Position numbers and translations under genes: made by a program. The notes beneath the pieces were generated by a model. That model searched no databases and had not been told where the DNA came from. It worked only from the letters and a program-made list of their open reading frames with translations. A DNA stretch of 64,000 bases from Adineta vaga (taxonomy: Eukaryota > Animalia > Rotifera). Positions 24,257-37,100 of this stretch are shown piece after piece; positions within the stretch are counted from its first letter, which is position 1; each line of letters starts with the position of its first letter. The stretch lies in contig CP075493.1 in NCBI GenBank assembly GCA_021613535.1, positions 17,360,001 to 17,424,000 of the forward strand. The letters are read 5' to 3'.

Positions 24257-27056
24257 ATGAGTTCAACATCGAACAACGATAATGATGTAAGACGAATGCA
24301 AATTCGTCAATTTTTTGTCAGTAAAATTATGCACCTATATGACTTCTGTTGATAATCTCAATAAGCATGATATAGATGTACAACATTCAGGCTTTACATA
24401 GATTTGAGAACGAGAATAAAAATCTGTAATTAAAAATTAGCGTAAGCCTTATGTTTGCACCTATTTTCGTGATCCATCTTTGCTTACCTTCAATACGATT
24501 TCTCATTTTTGTAAAGGAAAATTTATATTTTTATTGTTATTTCAGGCAATAGAACATCCCCAATCCATATATTCTGCATGGTCTGATTCATTGAAACCTG
24601 CTATAGAGAAACTATTGAACGGTTTTTCTGATGGTCTCATATTTGAAGAGTTGTTTCGAATTACCTACGCAATGGTACTCGGTAATCATGGTGAAAAACT
24701 CTATCAGAACACTCAACAATTAATTCATAAACATCTTGTTGAAAAGGTATGTCATATATTGATTTTTCATTTATTTATTAGCTTCATATATGAGCAATGA
24801 AAGGGACATCAGTGAAAGAAGGAGAAAAAGTGACCTTCGTGGGATTAGACTAGAAGGACCATCTTAATCTTAAGTTTAACGTTGTGTAATTCAATATAAA
24901 CGCCAACATTATTGTTCTTCAATTTCGTGTAGGTGAGACCAAAGCTAATTGAATTACCTTTAGCAGAATTTTTGGCTTTGCTCAAACTAGAATGGGATAA
25001 ATATAACAAAAGCATTATAATGATTCGTGACATCCTCGGCTATATGAATCGAATTTATGTTCCAGTAAAAAATCTCGAATCTATCACTGATTTGGGTTTA
25101 AGATTATTTCGAGATGATATTATTCTATTTTCGACCAGACAACGGTGTTTTATGTACGCATTGTTAGAGGTAATCGCTAACAAACGACGTGGTGAACTTA
25201 TAGATGGAACAACAATACAAGAGATGTCTCATTTCTTTACAAAATTCAATGTTCAAGAATATAATTTGTGTAATGAAGAGTTTGAAACATTATATTTACA
25301 ACATTTAAAAGAATTCTATCAATCTGAAATTGAAAAGTTGTTAATTGAAAACATTGCATTAGAATATATTAATAAAATTATTATATTCATTAACGAAGAA
25401 ATTCAACATGTTATTTTTTATTTTGATCAATCCATAGAACAACATTTTACTCAATTACTAATAGATGAATTCATCACTAAACATAAAACACGTTTGATGA
25501 AAATGGAAAAATCACGTATTTATCCAATGTTTGAATTGAATCAATATGATTAACTTAAAATTCTTTATAAACTATATCAACAAGTGCCGAGTGATTCGTT
25601 AATTATTGTTGATTGTATAAGTGAATACTTACGTGAACAAAATCAAAAATTATTTATTACAAATGAAATTCAAAGCAAAAATTTAATTTATTTTGTTGAA
25701 AATTTGATTCATTTGAAAGAAAAATTTGATTAATTTTTTAATTTTGATTTAATCATTGTTCAACAAATAAATTCCGATTTTGAATATCTAATGAATCTTA
25801 ATGAACATTATCCCGAATATTTTTCATTATTTATTTATTTATAAACAGAATTTTAATGATCAACAGATCGAAATTCTACTCAATAAAACAATTGATCTTG
25901 TAAGTTATATGAAATATCAAGACATATTCGAAGAATATTATACACAACATTTAGCTGAACATCTTCTTTCAAATCAATCGATATCAGAAGATTTGGAAAA
26001 ATATATATTATCATTATTGAATAGTAAATTTGGAAATCAATTTACATCTAAATTAGAATATATGTTACAAAATATATCTTTATCAGATATATTAACGAAA
26101 GATTTTCAATCATATGTCAATGAAAATAAAATCAATTTATATAATGTCAAATTTTCTATACGAATTTTAAAAACAGGTTTTTGGCCAATTTCTTCTCTGA
26201 CTAATCAATGTAATTTATCACCAATAATACGTAATGTTTATCAAGATTTTCAAAATTTTTATTTAAAAAAATTCAATAATCGTCGATTAACATTATTATC
26301 ACAATTTGGTTCAGCTGATTTAAAAATAATATTTTATAATAAATTAATGATGAAAGAACAAAAATATATTCTTCAAATATCAACATATCAAATGTTGATA
26401 TCAATGTTATTTAATATTAAAGATTATTGGTCATTTAAAGTTAGTTTATTATTTAATTTTACAAAATCTATATACTATTTCATTTTAGAAGATCGTAGAT
26501 GAAACAAATATCAATATAGATGATGTCGAACAAACTTTAATTTCATTAAGTATTAATAAAAATATTCTTCTTAAAGAACCAAAGAATGAATCTATTCAAT
26601 TGAATGATCGATTTTTTGTCAATGATTCGTTTATATGAAAATTTTATCATATTCAAATCTATTCATTGAATGTCAAAATTAAAAATAAAACAGAAAATCA
26701 AAATACTCAAAATAAACTCGATGATCGTCGTAAGAATGAAATTAAAGCAGCTATTGTACGAATTATGAAATCATGTGGAACAATGACACATAATCAATTA
26801 ATTACTGAAGTATGTTTTTATTTTAATTCTAATATGAAATTTATTGTCATGTAAACTTTGTTCTTTTTCTTTAGCTTATTGGAGAACTTCAATCTCGCTT
26901 TAAACCTAATTCAGAGTCGATTAAACGAAAAATAGAAGAATTAATTGAAAAAGATTATTGATAACGATCAAAAGACGATAGGTATTTTAAATCTAATCAT
27001 TTATTTTATTATCTATTTATATTTTATTTAGACAAATATATGTTTATATAGCTTGA
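24257..27056 (+). pseudogene. Divergent cullin (CUL3-like) pseudogene
   Basis: FEELFRITYAMVLGNHGEKLY, IMIRDILGYMNRIYV, FEEYYTQHLAEHLL, FTSKLEYMLQNI, neddylation motif AAIVRIMKS, terminal YVYIA*; several in-frame stops, e.g. 25551. Confidence 0.85.
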
Positions 27057-27960
27057 GATATCATCAATCAAGAAACTACTATCAAATGTCACAACCCGAC
27101 TAATCCATTTTCCGGATTTTTTTTTGTTAGTAACTTTCTACATCATGTATTTTCATTAATTCCGAATGGTTTTATTTAAAAAATGATAATAATATAATGT
27201 CCGTACAAATATGTATTGTCTATTTGTATTCTTCATAATAAATGTGTGTATAATAACGATATCGGCTTATCTTTTATTCAGTCGTATTCATCACCAACAC
27301 CCTCATCTACACTTCCGTTCTAACCTGAAAAAACCATAAACTAAACAAAGTAGAATTGCTCGTCTCTCGTTAATACACTTATGTTCACAATCAAATTTGG
27401 TAGTTCACGAAAATGTTCTAAAATACGAAATTTCGATTGTATATTTAGATGACAGGTCGTTCGCTCATTTGTACTACACTCGATTTCAAATTTAAAACAA
27501 ACTATGAAACATGACTGATGAATTTAATCGATATTATATAGATTATTGAAGACGAGATCTTGTATTATAAATTGCCTTAATAAAAAATTCAATATTTACG
27601 GTTTTATAAAATTTTAAACATCGTGATCAGAATCGTTGGTACATTCTAAGTAATACGCTGTCAAAAAGAATGTTTCATAAATATAACCTTTATCGATAGA
27701 CAGAATTAAAATTAAAAAAGCCGTTTAATTACCATGTCTCTTTTTGCATTGAAGATCAATGAAAAATAAATATTTTTTTGATTAATTGACATAACAAGTT
27801 TAAAAATAACCATGTTTCACCCTTTTACTCGACGAAAGTCATCTTTGTAACTGAAAAAGCATGATATAAGTTGCGTGTTTAACAAAGAAAAATATTCTTT
27901 TCATATCAAACATCATATACCATTACTATAACCGGAACGAAATTATATCATCAAAAACCA

Positions 27961-28022
27961 TTTTGAGGTGTGGATCTGGGTCTGAATTAGACTTTACTCT
28001 TAAACCTCACCCACACCCTCAA
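27961..28022. repeat. Inverted telomere-like palindromic element
   Basis: TTTTGAGGTGTGGATCTGGG-spacer-CCTCACCCACACCCTCAA. Confidence 0.7.
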
Positions 28023-28371
28023 TATTTGCATACGATGAAAAATTGAAATGTACACGTAACAAGAAGAGTCACCTGTTTTTTTCTCAATTCTTTGTTCTCA
28101 TACAATGAATCACTACGCTTTTTATATTGATTTATTCTCCACTCATATCGTTACTATTTATTCAAATCTGTGAATGAAACATACAAGATATCTTATTGCC
28201 CGATTCGATATTTTTTCAGTATTTATTCTTTCATATATATATGCGTTCCAAGTCTGATTACATTGATTCGAAGTGAAACTTGATGAGTTCTATCACATAC
28301 AATCACAACATTTTTATTTCACACTTACACCCTTTTTTAAGTTAAAAACTTCTTGTTTATATTTTCGAATA

Positions 28372-30123
28372 TCATTATACCACCATAAATACAAGGTCTT
28401 ACCGGAGGTCTCGAAATATTCAATAGATTTTGTATAGGATTGAATCAGATGTTTTATGCTATCTAACAAGGATCACAAATTATCACAACTAATCGATATT
28501 AAGTGCAGATTTCGATTGTAATAATTTGTTTATGATAATAAATATTCAACAATTTCTGATGAAATATTCTTATACATTGATAGAGTCAATTTTTCCATTC
28601 GTGGAAAAAGAAGTACCAATTGTTTCATACCTTCAAATGAATCTTCAGGGAATTTAATTTCAACATCGATTGTTTTATTTGTAGTCTGCATCGTATGAAA
28701 ATTTTCATCCCAATGAATTAAATTTAAATCTTTTTCATTATATATCAATTCTTTAAGACTTAATTTGCGAATATTTAGTAAGAACATAATTAGTTGAATT
28801 AAATCTTTGAAATAAACATAAGAAACAAAAGTGTGCAATTGAGTAACTTGTTCCAAAGGAAATAGAGATTTTAAAATAACTGGTGGAATATATTTTTGTT
28901 CCCTATAATACGACGATCCAAAACAAGTTGTTCAACATTTGACGAATAATCTGTATCATTAATTAAGGAGTTTGTGTATTTTAGTTCAATATCATAAACT
29001 GAACTCGGCTGAAGTTTTCCATTAATGAACAAATTAGTTGTATTTTGTCCTTCCACACATATTGTAAATCTTTTTTTCTTGAAAGAAAAAATATCAGAAA
29101 CTTTTATTTTTATATGAAAATGAAAATGAATTCTTACGGATAAGTGTTAATTGAATGAAAAACTATTTCACAATTAAATTCGTGTCCTATAATATTATAC
29201 GTAAAAAACCATTGTCGTTCCAATCAAAAAGGAAGATTGAAATTGTTCCATTGAATTTATATAAAGATTAGTTTCTCCAGTTACAACAACTGATGATTTA
29301 TACTGAAGATCAAAAATTCTGAGACATAACATATATCTGGAAATAAGTGATTCTCAACGACTGGCAGTTAGATAGTTTCGATCGTTCCGCGGTGAAAGAT
29401 GTAAAACTTGTACGTGATGAAAAACATATTTAATCAAAGGTTCAAAATCATCAAAATCAACATATCCCAAATGAAGATTGACATATGTTAATTGATTTGA
29501 AATAGTTGAAGAAATAATCAATCCCTTAGTGTTACCCTATATTTTATTAATCGATAAACGATGAAGTTGAGGAGCATTGGAAAGAATAATTATAAAGTCA
29601 TTAAGATGAAACTCATCTTCGATAATCAGATGTGTGATGTAACTAAGTGTGTTTGTTTTAATTTTTATGGATTCACTTCGAAATACGTAATATCCGTGTC
29701 GGAATGATATTTTACAATACTTCAATGTCGATAGTTGAAAGATTTTTTCATATATAGGACTTCTTTCGTTTCCATGCAACGTGTAAATAATGATTAATGA
29801 AGAAAAGATTAGGTAAGACTGATAAAGCATTAAAAAACTGTTCCAAGTGAGAAAATGAAATATAGTCAATAATTAATCTTTCAAGATGAACTAATTTGGA
29901 AATAATCGAAATGTTAGATAAAAAGAATTGAAGGTGAAATGGATTTGTTAAATGAAGTGATTGAATTCGATGTTGATATGGAAGAATAATATTTTCATAA
30001 TACGAAATAAAAGTTGATTTTGATATTAAATCAAGTTGAATTTGTTGAATTGATGAAAAGATTTTGAAAATGTTGATTAAGATTGAAAAAGATTTCATTA
30101 GCAAGATCTTCGAGTTTCATCAT
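28372..30123 (-). pseudogene. F-box-like/LRR protein pseudogene
   Basis: N-terminal MMKLEDLANEIFF, HRIQSLHLTNPF, LxxL repeats (LPNL, LSTLKYCKIS, APQLHRLSI, FPRMEKLTLS); multiple frameshifts. Confidence 0.65.
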
Positions 30124-30699
30124 GGCGTTGAAATCACAAAAAAATAATTTTGTTATGTCGATTTTATCTTTTATATTTGCAGATAACTTCAAGGAGAAGA
30201 TAAATCTTGTTTTTTTTTCTTTCAGAGTATGACACATATGAAAGAGATATTTGAACATTTCAAAGTTACTTGAAAATGAGATTTTTATCTTTATTTACAT
30301 TGGTTCATTCATCAAATATTTCACATAGGTTAACTGGTAAAAAAAAACAATTTTTTATTATTTATTATAATTTGATATTTAATACAAAATTTAAGTATTA
30401 TCACATAAGAAGTGATTCATAACTTTCGAATTGTAATAAATTTAGAATTGAGTTTTTATCATTCTTTCTTTTTTAAATCATCTTTCCACATCCATAAAGT
30501 GAGATGTTCTACTTTAGAGAGAAGATATATTAAAAATTCTCATTCAATTTAAGTAAATTCATCTCTCTATTATTAACATTATATATGTTAAAATCTATCT
30601 TTTTGATATTGGGAAATATTATAATGATTTGTAGAAAATTTTTGTTATTAAAATCAGATATATTTAAATGAGAATTTATCATCGAAACTAATATTAGTT

Positions 30700-30922
30700 T
30701 CACTTGACAATTTATTAGAAAATATGGGAAAATATCAACAAGTTAAAACGTTATTAAAAAAACAATTAAAGTATGTGGAGAATAAATCTTCTCATTTAGA
30801 TGCATGTTCTCATACAGATCTTGAAGTTATTGAAAATATCAAAGGAAATTATAAATCTTCGATTAATTATCATCAAAAATCATTGATTATTAATGAAAAA
30901 TTTCCAAATAATCATCGAAATA
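30700..30922 (+). pseudogene. TPR gene fragment truncated at palindromic element
   Basis: MGKYQQVKTLL..GNYKSSINYHQKSLIINEKFPNNHRNI runs directly into TTGAGGATGTGAG. Confidence 0.6.
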
Positions 30923-31003
30923 TTGAGGATGTGAGTGTGTGTAATACTCTTTTTTCAACCCACACCCTCAAGAATAAGAGAATACTCATACCCATACCCT
31001 CAA
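30923..31003. repeat. Inverted telomere-like palindromic element with an extra C-rich arm
   Basis: TTGAGGATGTGAGTGTGTG-spacer-CCCACACCCTCAAGA, then CATACCCATACCCTCAA. Confidence 0.75.
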
Positions 31004-31700
31004 CATACCACTTCGGTCTATATGAAAGATACTTTCATTCAAACCCAAAAGATTGATCAATTATATGTCGAGATACAAATCTTGGTATTGAAAATAATTC
31101 ATCATCAACAAGAATTCCAATAGTACTTACTTCATCACCTTCTGAACCTACTGATGATGATGATGATACCACTATACTATTCAATGGAAAGCAAATACCG
31201 CCTATCAAGGTTATCTTAAATTCAACAAGTTTTGTGAAAAAACAAATTTTAACAATCAGTCATGTTAAAGATGCATCGAAAATAATTCTCCTTCCAAATT
31301 TTGATGGTGAAGGTTTTGATTCTCTTGTACCTTCGTCTTATGCTATTTTTGTTAGTCAAATTTACTGAAGAAACACATGAAAGTTAGCTGAATAATCCAC
31401 ATAAGCAGAAGTATTCACCCTTCACCCACCCTCAAAATAAAGTCTTTTAAGCATATTTATAATCATTTTAGATTATTTAATAATTTTTCTAATAAATTTA
31501 TTTTGAAGAAAAAAGATTTGAATAATATAGATTTGAAAATTAGTTCATATAGAAATTAAAATCTAACTAAAAAGAAAGAATCAATTTGTTTTTATGTTCG
31601 TGCTTGCATTTGATGTTTCCTAAGAACAAAAATACAGGACATTATCAATTTATATATTAAATAATCTAAGAAAAACAAACTCACTTGATCGAATAATAAT

Positions 31701-32024
31701 TTAACATGTGCAGCCTCCCTGTTTCATATTGAAGTCACAAAAATCCTTCATATTATCGCGCCGACTACTATCAGCACAACAATAGTAGCTAGTAGTTAAG
31801 TAACCGATAGTGTTGGTACCGTAGTTTTGACACCGTAAAACACCTCTAGGATGTTGTACATGACGACGATTAAGATCAAATAATTCACTAAGTTTATCTA
31901 TTTGATTTCGTTCTTCCATCGATTCAAATGCATCAGAATCGTCTTGAATCCAACGACCATAACAAATTGTAATCGAAACTACTAAACATATTATTGTCCA
32001 TGTTAAGATTTTGTTAGTGTACAT
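31701..32024 (-). CDS. Secreted Cys-rich peptide precursor (signal + acidic propeptide + 6-Cys mature peptide)
   Basis: Signal MYTNKILTWTIICLVVSITICYG; acidic pro-region; dibasic RR; mature C..CC..C..CxC at the C-terminus; intact single exon. Confidence 0.75.
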   Translation of the reverse strand: MYTNKILTWTIICLVVSITICYGRWIQDDSDAFESMEERNQIDKLSELFDLNRRHVQHPRGVLRCQNYGTNTIGYLTTSYYCCADSSRRDNMKDFCDFNMKQGGCTC

Positions 32025-32753
32025 CGTTATGGTATGCTTAATTTTGATGATGAAATAATAATAATAAGTTTATTCTTCTTAGTTTTATACCCCAAAAATA
32101 CGAAAAATATTTCTTATTTGTTTCATCTCAATAAAATATTCTATCATTAAGATAGACGAAAAAAAAGGTATGAATCTATTCATCCATGAATTAATCAAAA
32201 TAAAGGAAAAAAATCATTCTTTTCATGATCATCGATCATATACACAAAATGTTTTCATAAAGCAATTATTTATAATCATTGAAATGTCAACATAAATAAA
32301 ATAGAATGGTTTGATGAAAGAAAAAAACATCGTTGAATATGAAAATCATTCATCTGAAACAGAAGTGACAATTATATTCAGGGATTAAGATTTACTGAAT
32401 AATTTAACTTTATTTATTTATTTCACGAATCTTTTCATCAATTCAATACTGTAATATCAGAAAAGTAAACTAAATTCAAATGTAAATGAGAATTAATTGA
32501 CTTTTTTTGATATTTTGTTCTATCTTATTCAAGTTTTAGATACAATAATATAAACAAGTAACGTTCGTCCATAGACTCGCTCAACTCTTTCTCGTAGACA
32601 ATTCTCTACAAAAATAGGAATAACAAAGTCTTATCCTGAAAAATCGATTTCTATCAGTCTATGTGACTTTCTCCACCCAATCACGCCATCCACCTATAAT
32701 CTGAGAAAATCAGACTCTTATTCTAGTTCTTCACATCGAAATACCTCTAGAAA

Positions 32754-32806
32754 TGGGTGTGGGTTAGGAGAAAGCCTGATCCACACCCACACTCACACCC
32801 TCAAGA
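32754..32806. repeat. Inverted telomere-like palindromic element
   Basis: TGGGTGTGGGTTAGG-spacer-CCACACCCACACTCACACCCTCAAGA. Confidence 0.75.
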
Positions 32807-33165
32807 TTCTTCAATTTGTCAATTTTATTGAAACATGGGGTCGATGTCAAAAATATCGAGAAATTTATGGAGAAGGTAAATTAAAAGAATTATTAAAAAT
32901 ATTTATGAATAACTTGTTCAAATGCTGTAACGAATTAACAAATGATTATTATTAAATGGATAATACATTTAGAGTTAATGAAAAAAAAAGCAATAGATAA
33001 TATTCATTAATTAAGCAAATTGGATGCATCATTATTTTTAGAGTATGCGTCTTTTATTAACTAATTTTTAACTAGTAATTAGGTTTTTAAAATAGGGTGG
33101 GTGTAGGGAAAGAAGAGATACCATGGCCAACACCAATAACACACCCATGGTCAATCACCTCTGAC

Positions 33166-33245
33166 TCTTGAGGGTGTGAGTTTGGTGGATGTAGATGTGA
33201 GTGAAGAACATATAGCCACACTCCACCCCACACCCACCCTCAAGA
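33166..33245. repeat. Inverted telomere-like palindromic element
   Basis: TCTTGAGGGTGTGAG..TAGATGTGAGTGAAGAACATATAG..CCACACCCACCCTCAAGA; a weaker copy lies at ~33094-33146. Confidence 0.85.
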
Positions 33246-33730
33246 TGTATTTGCTGTTGATGAAATAAATTGATAAATAAGAGAATCAATTTGAGATTGG
33301 AATATACATTCTGAGATTTAATCACAACACTTTTACATTCATTAAAATAAATATCATTTAAATTATCCATTCTTGTTTTATAAACTATAATTCACAAAAT
33401 TAATAAAATCACTATGGCATATTTGATGAAATGTATATGTTATCTTGATGATTTTATCATATTTTATTGATATTTTATTACATGAACATGTTAATTTTTC
33501 TGAATAAATTAAATATAATTGTAAATATTGTTCAATTGTTGGATTTTTAATATCAATTGTTTTATCAATTTTAATTAATGATGTATAAAGGATAAGAATA
33601 AACATGTCTAAAAATAATAAAATAATGAATAATTTTGTTGATATTCGTTGATTGGGTAGGGTAGTACTTGTGAATCAGTTGATGGAGAAATCGAAGGAAA
33701 AATATTGAGATTTCTGACAAATACTATTAT
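33246..33730 (-). pseudogene. Fragment of the Cys-patterned TM-repeat gene family (paralog of 56680-64000), truncated at the palindrome
   Basis: LNIFPS..QRISTKLFI, NPTIEQYLQLY..LTCSCNKISIKY..HQICHSDFI. Confidence 0.7.
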
Positions 33731-33968
33731 ATTGTCAAAACGGGTGCGAATACGCTGATTGTTATTGATTAATAGAAAATAATTTCAATATTATTATAAA
33801 GAAAACTTGTACATCATGTTTTTAGTTGATTTATTTCAATCAATAAATAATAACAGACAAATGTATTACACCATATAAGTAATAGAATTTTTAAACTTGA
33901 TTATAAATTTGAATGGTACTTAAATTAGAAGTAAAACCTTTTGAATTGCAATTTTTTAGACGCAAATT

Positions 33969-34029
33969 TTAGGGCGCGGGTGTGTGTTTACATGTTTTTC
34001 TTAACCACACTTACACCCCACCCTCAAGA
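33969..34029. repeat. Inverted telomere-like palindromic element
   Basis: TTAGGGCGCGGGTGTGTG-TTTACATGTTTTTCTTAA-CCACACTTACACCCCACCCTCAAGA. Confidence 0.75.
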
Positions 34030-34161
34030 TATATCTGTGAAAATTTTCATTTCTATGCATGTCACAAATCATCATAAACAGATGCTTATATTTGTAAAGA
34101 AATATAAATATTACATTTATATAGAAAATTCAGATTATTCTATTGAATAAAAGCAAACTAA

Positions 34162-37100
34162 ATGACTTATTTGAAATTTTTTGGATTTTTTACATTACAT
34201 ATTCTCTATATTATTGAAATGAATTGTTTTATTGAACACTACAAGTTTGAACATACAATGCATTTTGGACAATCAACAATGTATCGAGATTGTTTTTTGA
34301 TGCCAATAGAATATGGTAATTACAAAAATCGATATATCGAACATGTTGACAATTATATTTATTATTGCATTCGAACTGAAAAGAGACGAGAAGGTGTGCG
34401 ACCGAGAAATTGTAATTCGGGAGGCAAAAAACATTCGTTTGAAACCTTATATAAAGAACGTACGTATATACACGTAAATGAATTATCAATTAATATATAG
34501 AAGAAATAGAAAATATTTTATTGTTTATTTTCTCATTTTAGGTCGTAATGAAGATTGGTTGATTAAAGAAAATATTCCTTCTGATATGGTTGATGCTTAT
34601 GGTGAATATTTCATTCTAAGAAAATCGAATAACTCAAAATCAAATGAAATGCATCGAAATTTTGTATGTATATGTATACCAGACAAAGGTAAGTTTAAAA
34701 TCGAAGAAAATTTTAACAATTTTTTAAAAATATAATCCACTTTTCATTTATCAATGTATTTGAACAAATTAGTTTTTTTTTCAAATTTTCTTTATTTTAT
34801 TAGCGATTGGTCAATACTGTGAATATAATTTTCCGTTTCTAAATCAAATAGAGTTTGATAACTTTATTAAATTACTTGATTGGTATATTGATAATCGTAT
34901 AAAGTTTTCATTGATTTCACATCCATCACCTTGTTATACACTTCTTGGATCATTATGTTTGGATAAATTTAATAAAGAAAAATGTCTTGATTGGCGTGAT
35001 ATTTGTGATGGAAAATGGGATTGTTTAAATGGTGAAGATGAAAGACAATGTATACAATTAGAAATGAATTCATGTAATTCACAAATTGAATTTCGATGTC
35101 GAAATGGTTTATGTATTCCTCGTGTTTTTCTTTTTGATGGTGATTTTGATTGTTTGGATGGAAGTGATGAAAGACGGGAATTTGAAGATAAATTTTGTTA
35201 TGAATTAGCACAATTTGATTGTACTGAACGAATTTGTCCTTATAATACATATTCTTGTGGTGATGGACAATGTATTCATTGGAAAGATAATATTGATTAT
35301 GAAAATATGGACATTTTTCTTCAATATTCAGAAGAAATACCTGGTTGTATCAATAAAAAGAATTTATGGAAAACTAAAATTACTTTTGATCAACATCAAA
35401 TGAATCAATTAGTAATAGATAAAACATGTGAACAATATCCTTTTCATTTTCATCGATGTTTTATTTCACAAGAATGTATATCCAAATATCGTTTGTTAGA
35501 TGGATATTTTGATTGTTTAGATAAATCTGATGAAAATATAACAGATTTTAAATTAATCATTGATAAATCATTTTTAAAAGATCGTTATGATTGTGAAACA
35601 ACCTCTGGTATGACAATGCTCCATCTTCTTGGTAAGTTTTATTTTATTTTATAGTTAACATGTCTTTCAATATGTTTCGTATAGGCGATGGGCAAACTCA
35701 ATGCACTGACGGATCAGATGAGATAAATACATGGATTAATTGGAAATTGATTGAATGTCAACGTGCAACAGATGACGGATGTCAAACACTCAAAGAAGCT
35801 TCTTCATGGAAAAATAATTTGAAAAGTTTAATGTTACCTTTTAATAGATTATGTAATACTCTATGGGATATGCCTTATGGATTTGATGAAATGTATTGTG
35901 CTGATGGTCAATGGAATTGTTCACCAAAATGGATAAAATATAATCGATCGGATATATCGATTTGGAATGGTAATTGTGCACCGAAAAAATCTCAATGTGA
36001 TGGTGAATGGGATCATCCTGATGGACGAGATGAATGGAATTGTTCACCGAAGAATAGAACTGGAAGGTAAATAACATATGATTATTTCGAGTATTTATAA
36101 TGTCGGAAATATATTTATGTGAATTTTTTATTATTTTCAGATTTGTTCCATCACAAGCATTTAAATGGCCTTGTCAAAATGTGTTAACAAAAGAAAAAAT
36201 TGATATTTTTCTCCATCGACATCTTCTTGCTGATGGAAAAATTGATTGTGTTGGTGGACAAGATGAAAGATATACATTTACATGTCAAGATGGTTTACAA
36301 ATTCAAAATCGATTTCGTTGTACAAATGGAACTTGTATATTAGAGCAATTTCTTTGTAAGTTTTTCATGTATAAACTAATAAACGAATTTCTTTTAAATA
36401 TCGAATGTTTTTTTAGGTGATGGAATATATGATTGTTTGAATGGTGAAGATGAATTGAATTTATATTGTGTCACAAATCATAGTCAAACATTCTTATTTA
36501 GAAACGATACATGTAATTCTCAAGGTTTTTTTGATTGTGGTGATAGATGCTTGACGATTGGTAACCGATGTGATGGTAGGATCGATTGTCGAAGCAATGA
36601 CAATGATGAACAATTTTGTCATGCTGGAAGAACAAATAGCAGAAAGTATTCAACAACGATAAAAACGACAAAAATAATTCGAAAAAAACGACAGATAAGT
36701 GATACATATAAAACGTGGATATGTTATCTTGGTTTGTATGTTAACTTGGGATCTGATGTGTCTAGTAAAAATGAAAGATGTTTTTGTCCACCGAACACTT
36801 TTGGTGATCATTGCGAATTTTATACACATCATATAACTATTGTATTTACATTGGATATGACAATAGATATTACTAAAACAAATACTACGGGAATTCGAGT
36901 TGTTACTCTTCTTGAATATCAAAGAAAAATAATTGATTTTATGATATTATCTTACAATCCATTTCAATTACCATTGAAAAGAAAACAACGTTTTTATTTG
37001 TTTTATCCATGGTCATTATTAAAAACTATTCGTCAATCATCTTCTCAAGATTATTCAGTTATTTTTCATCTATACAATGTTTCTCAAAATAAAATTGATC

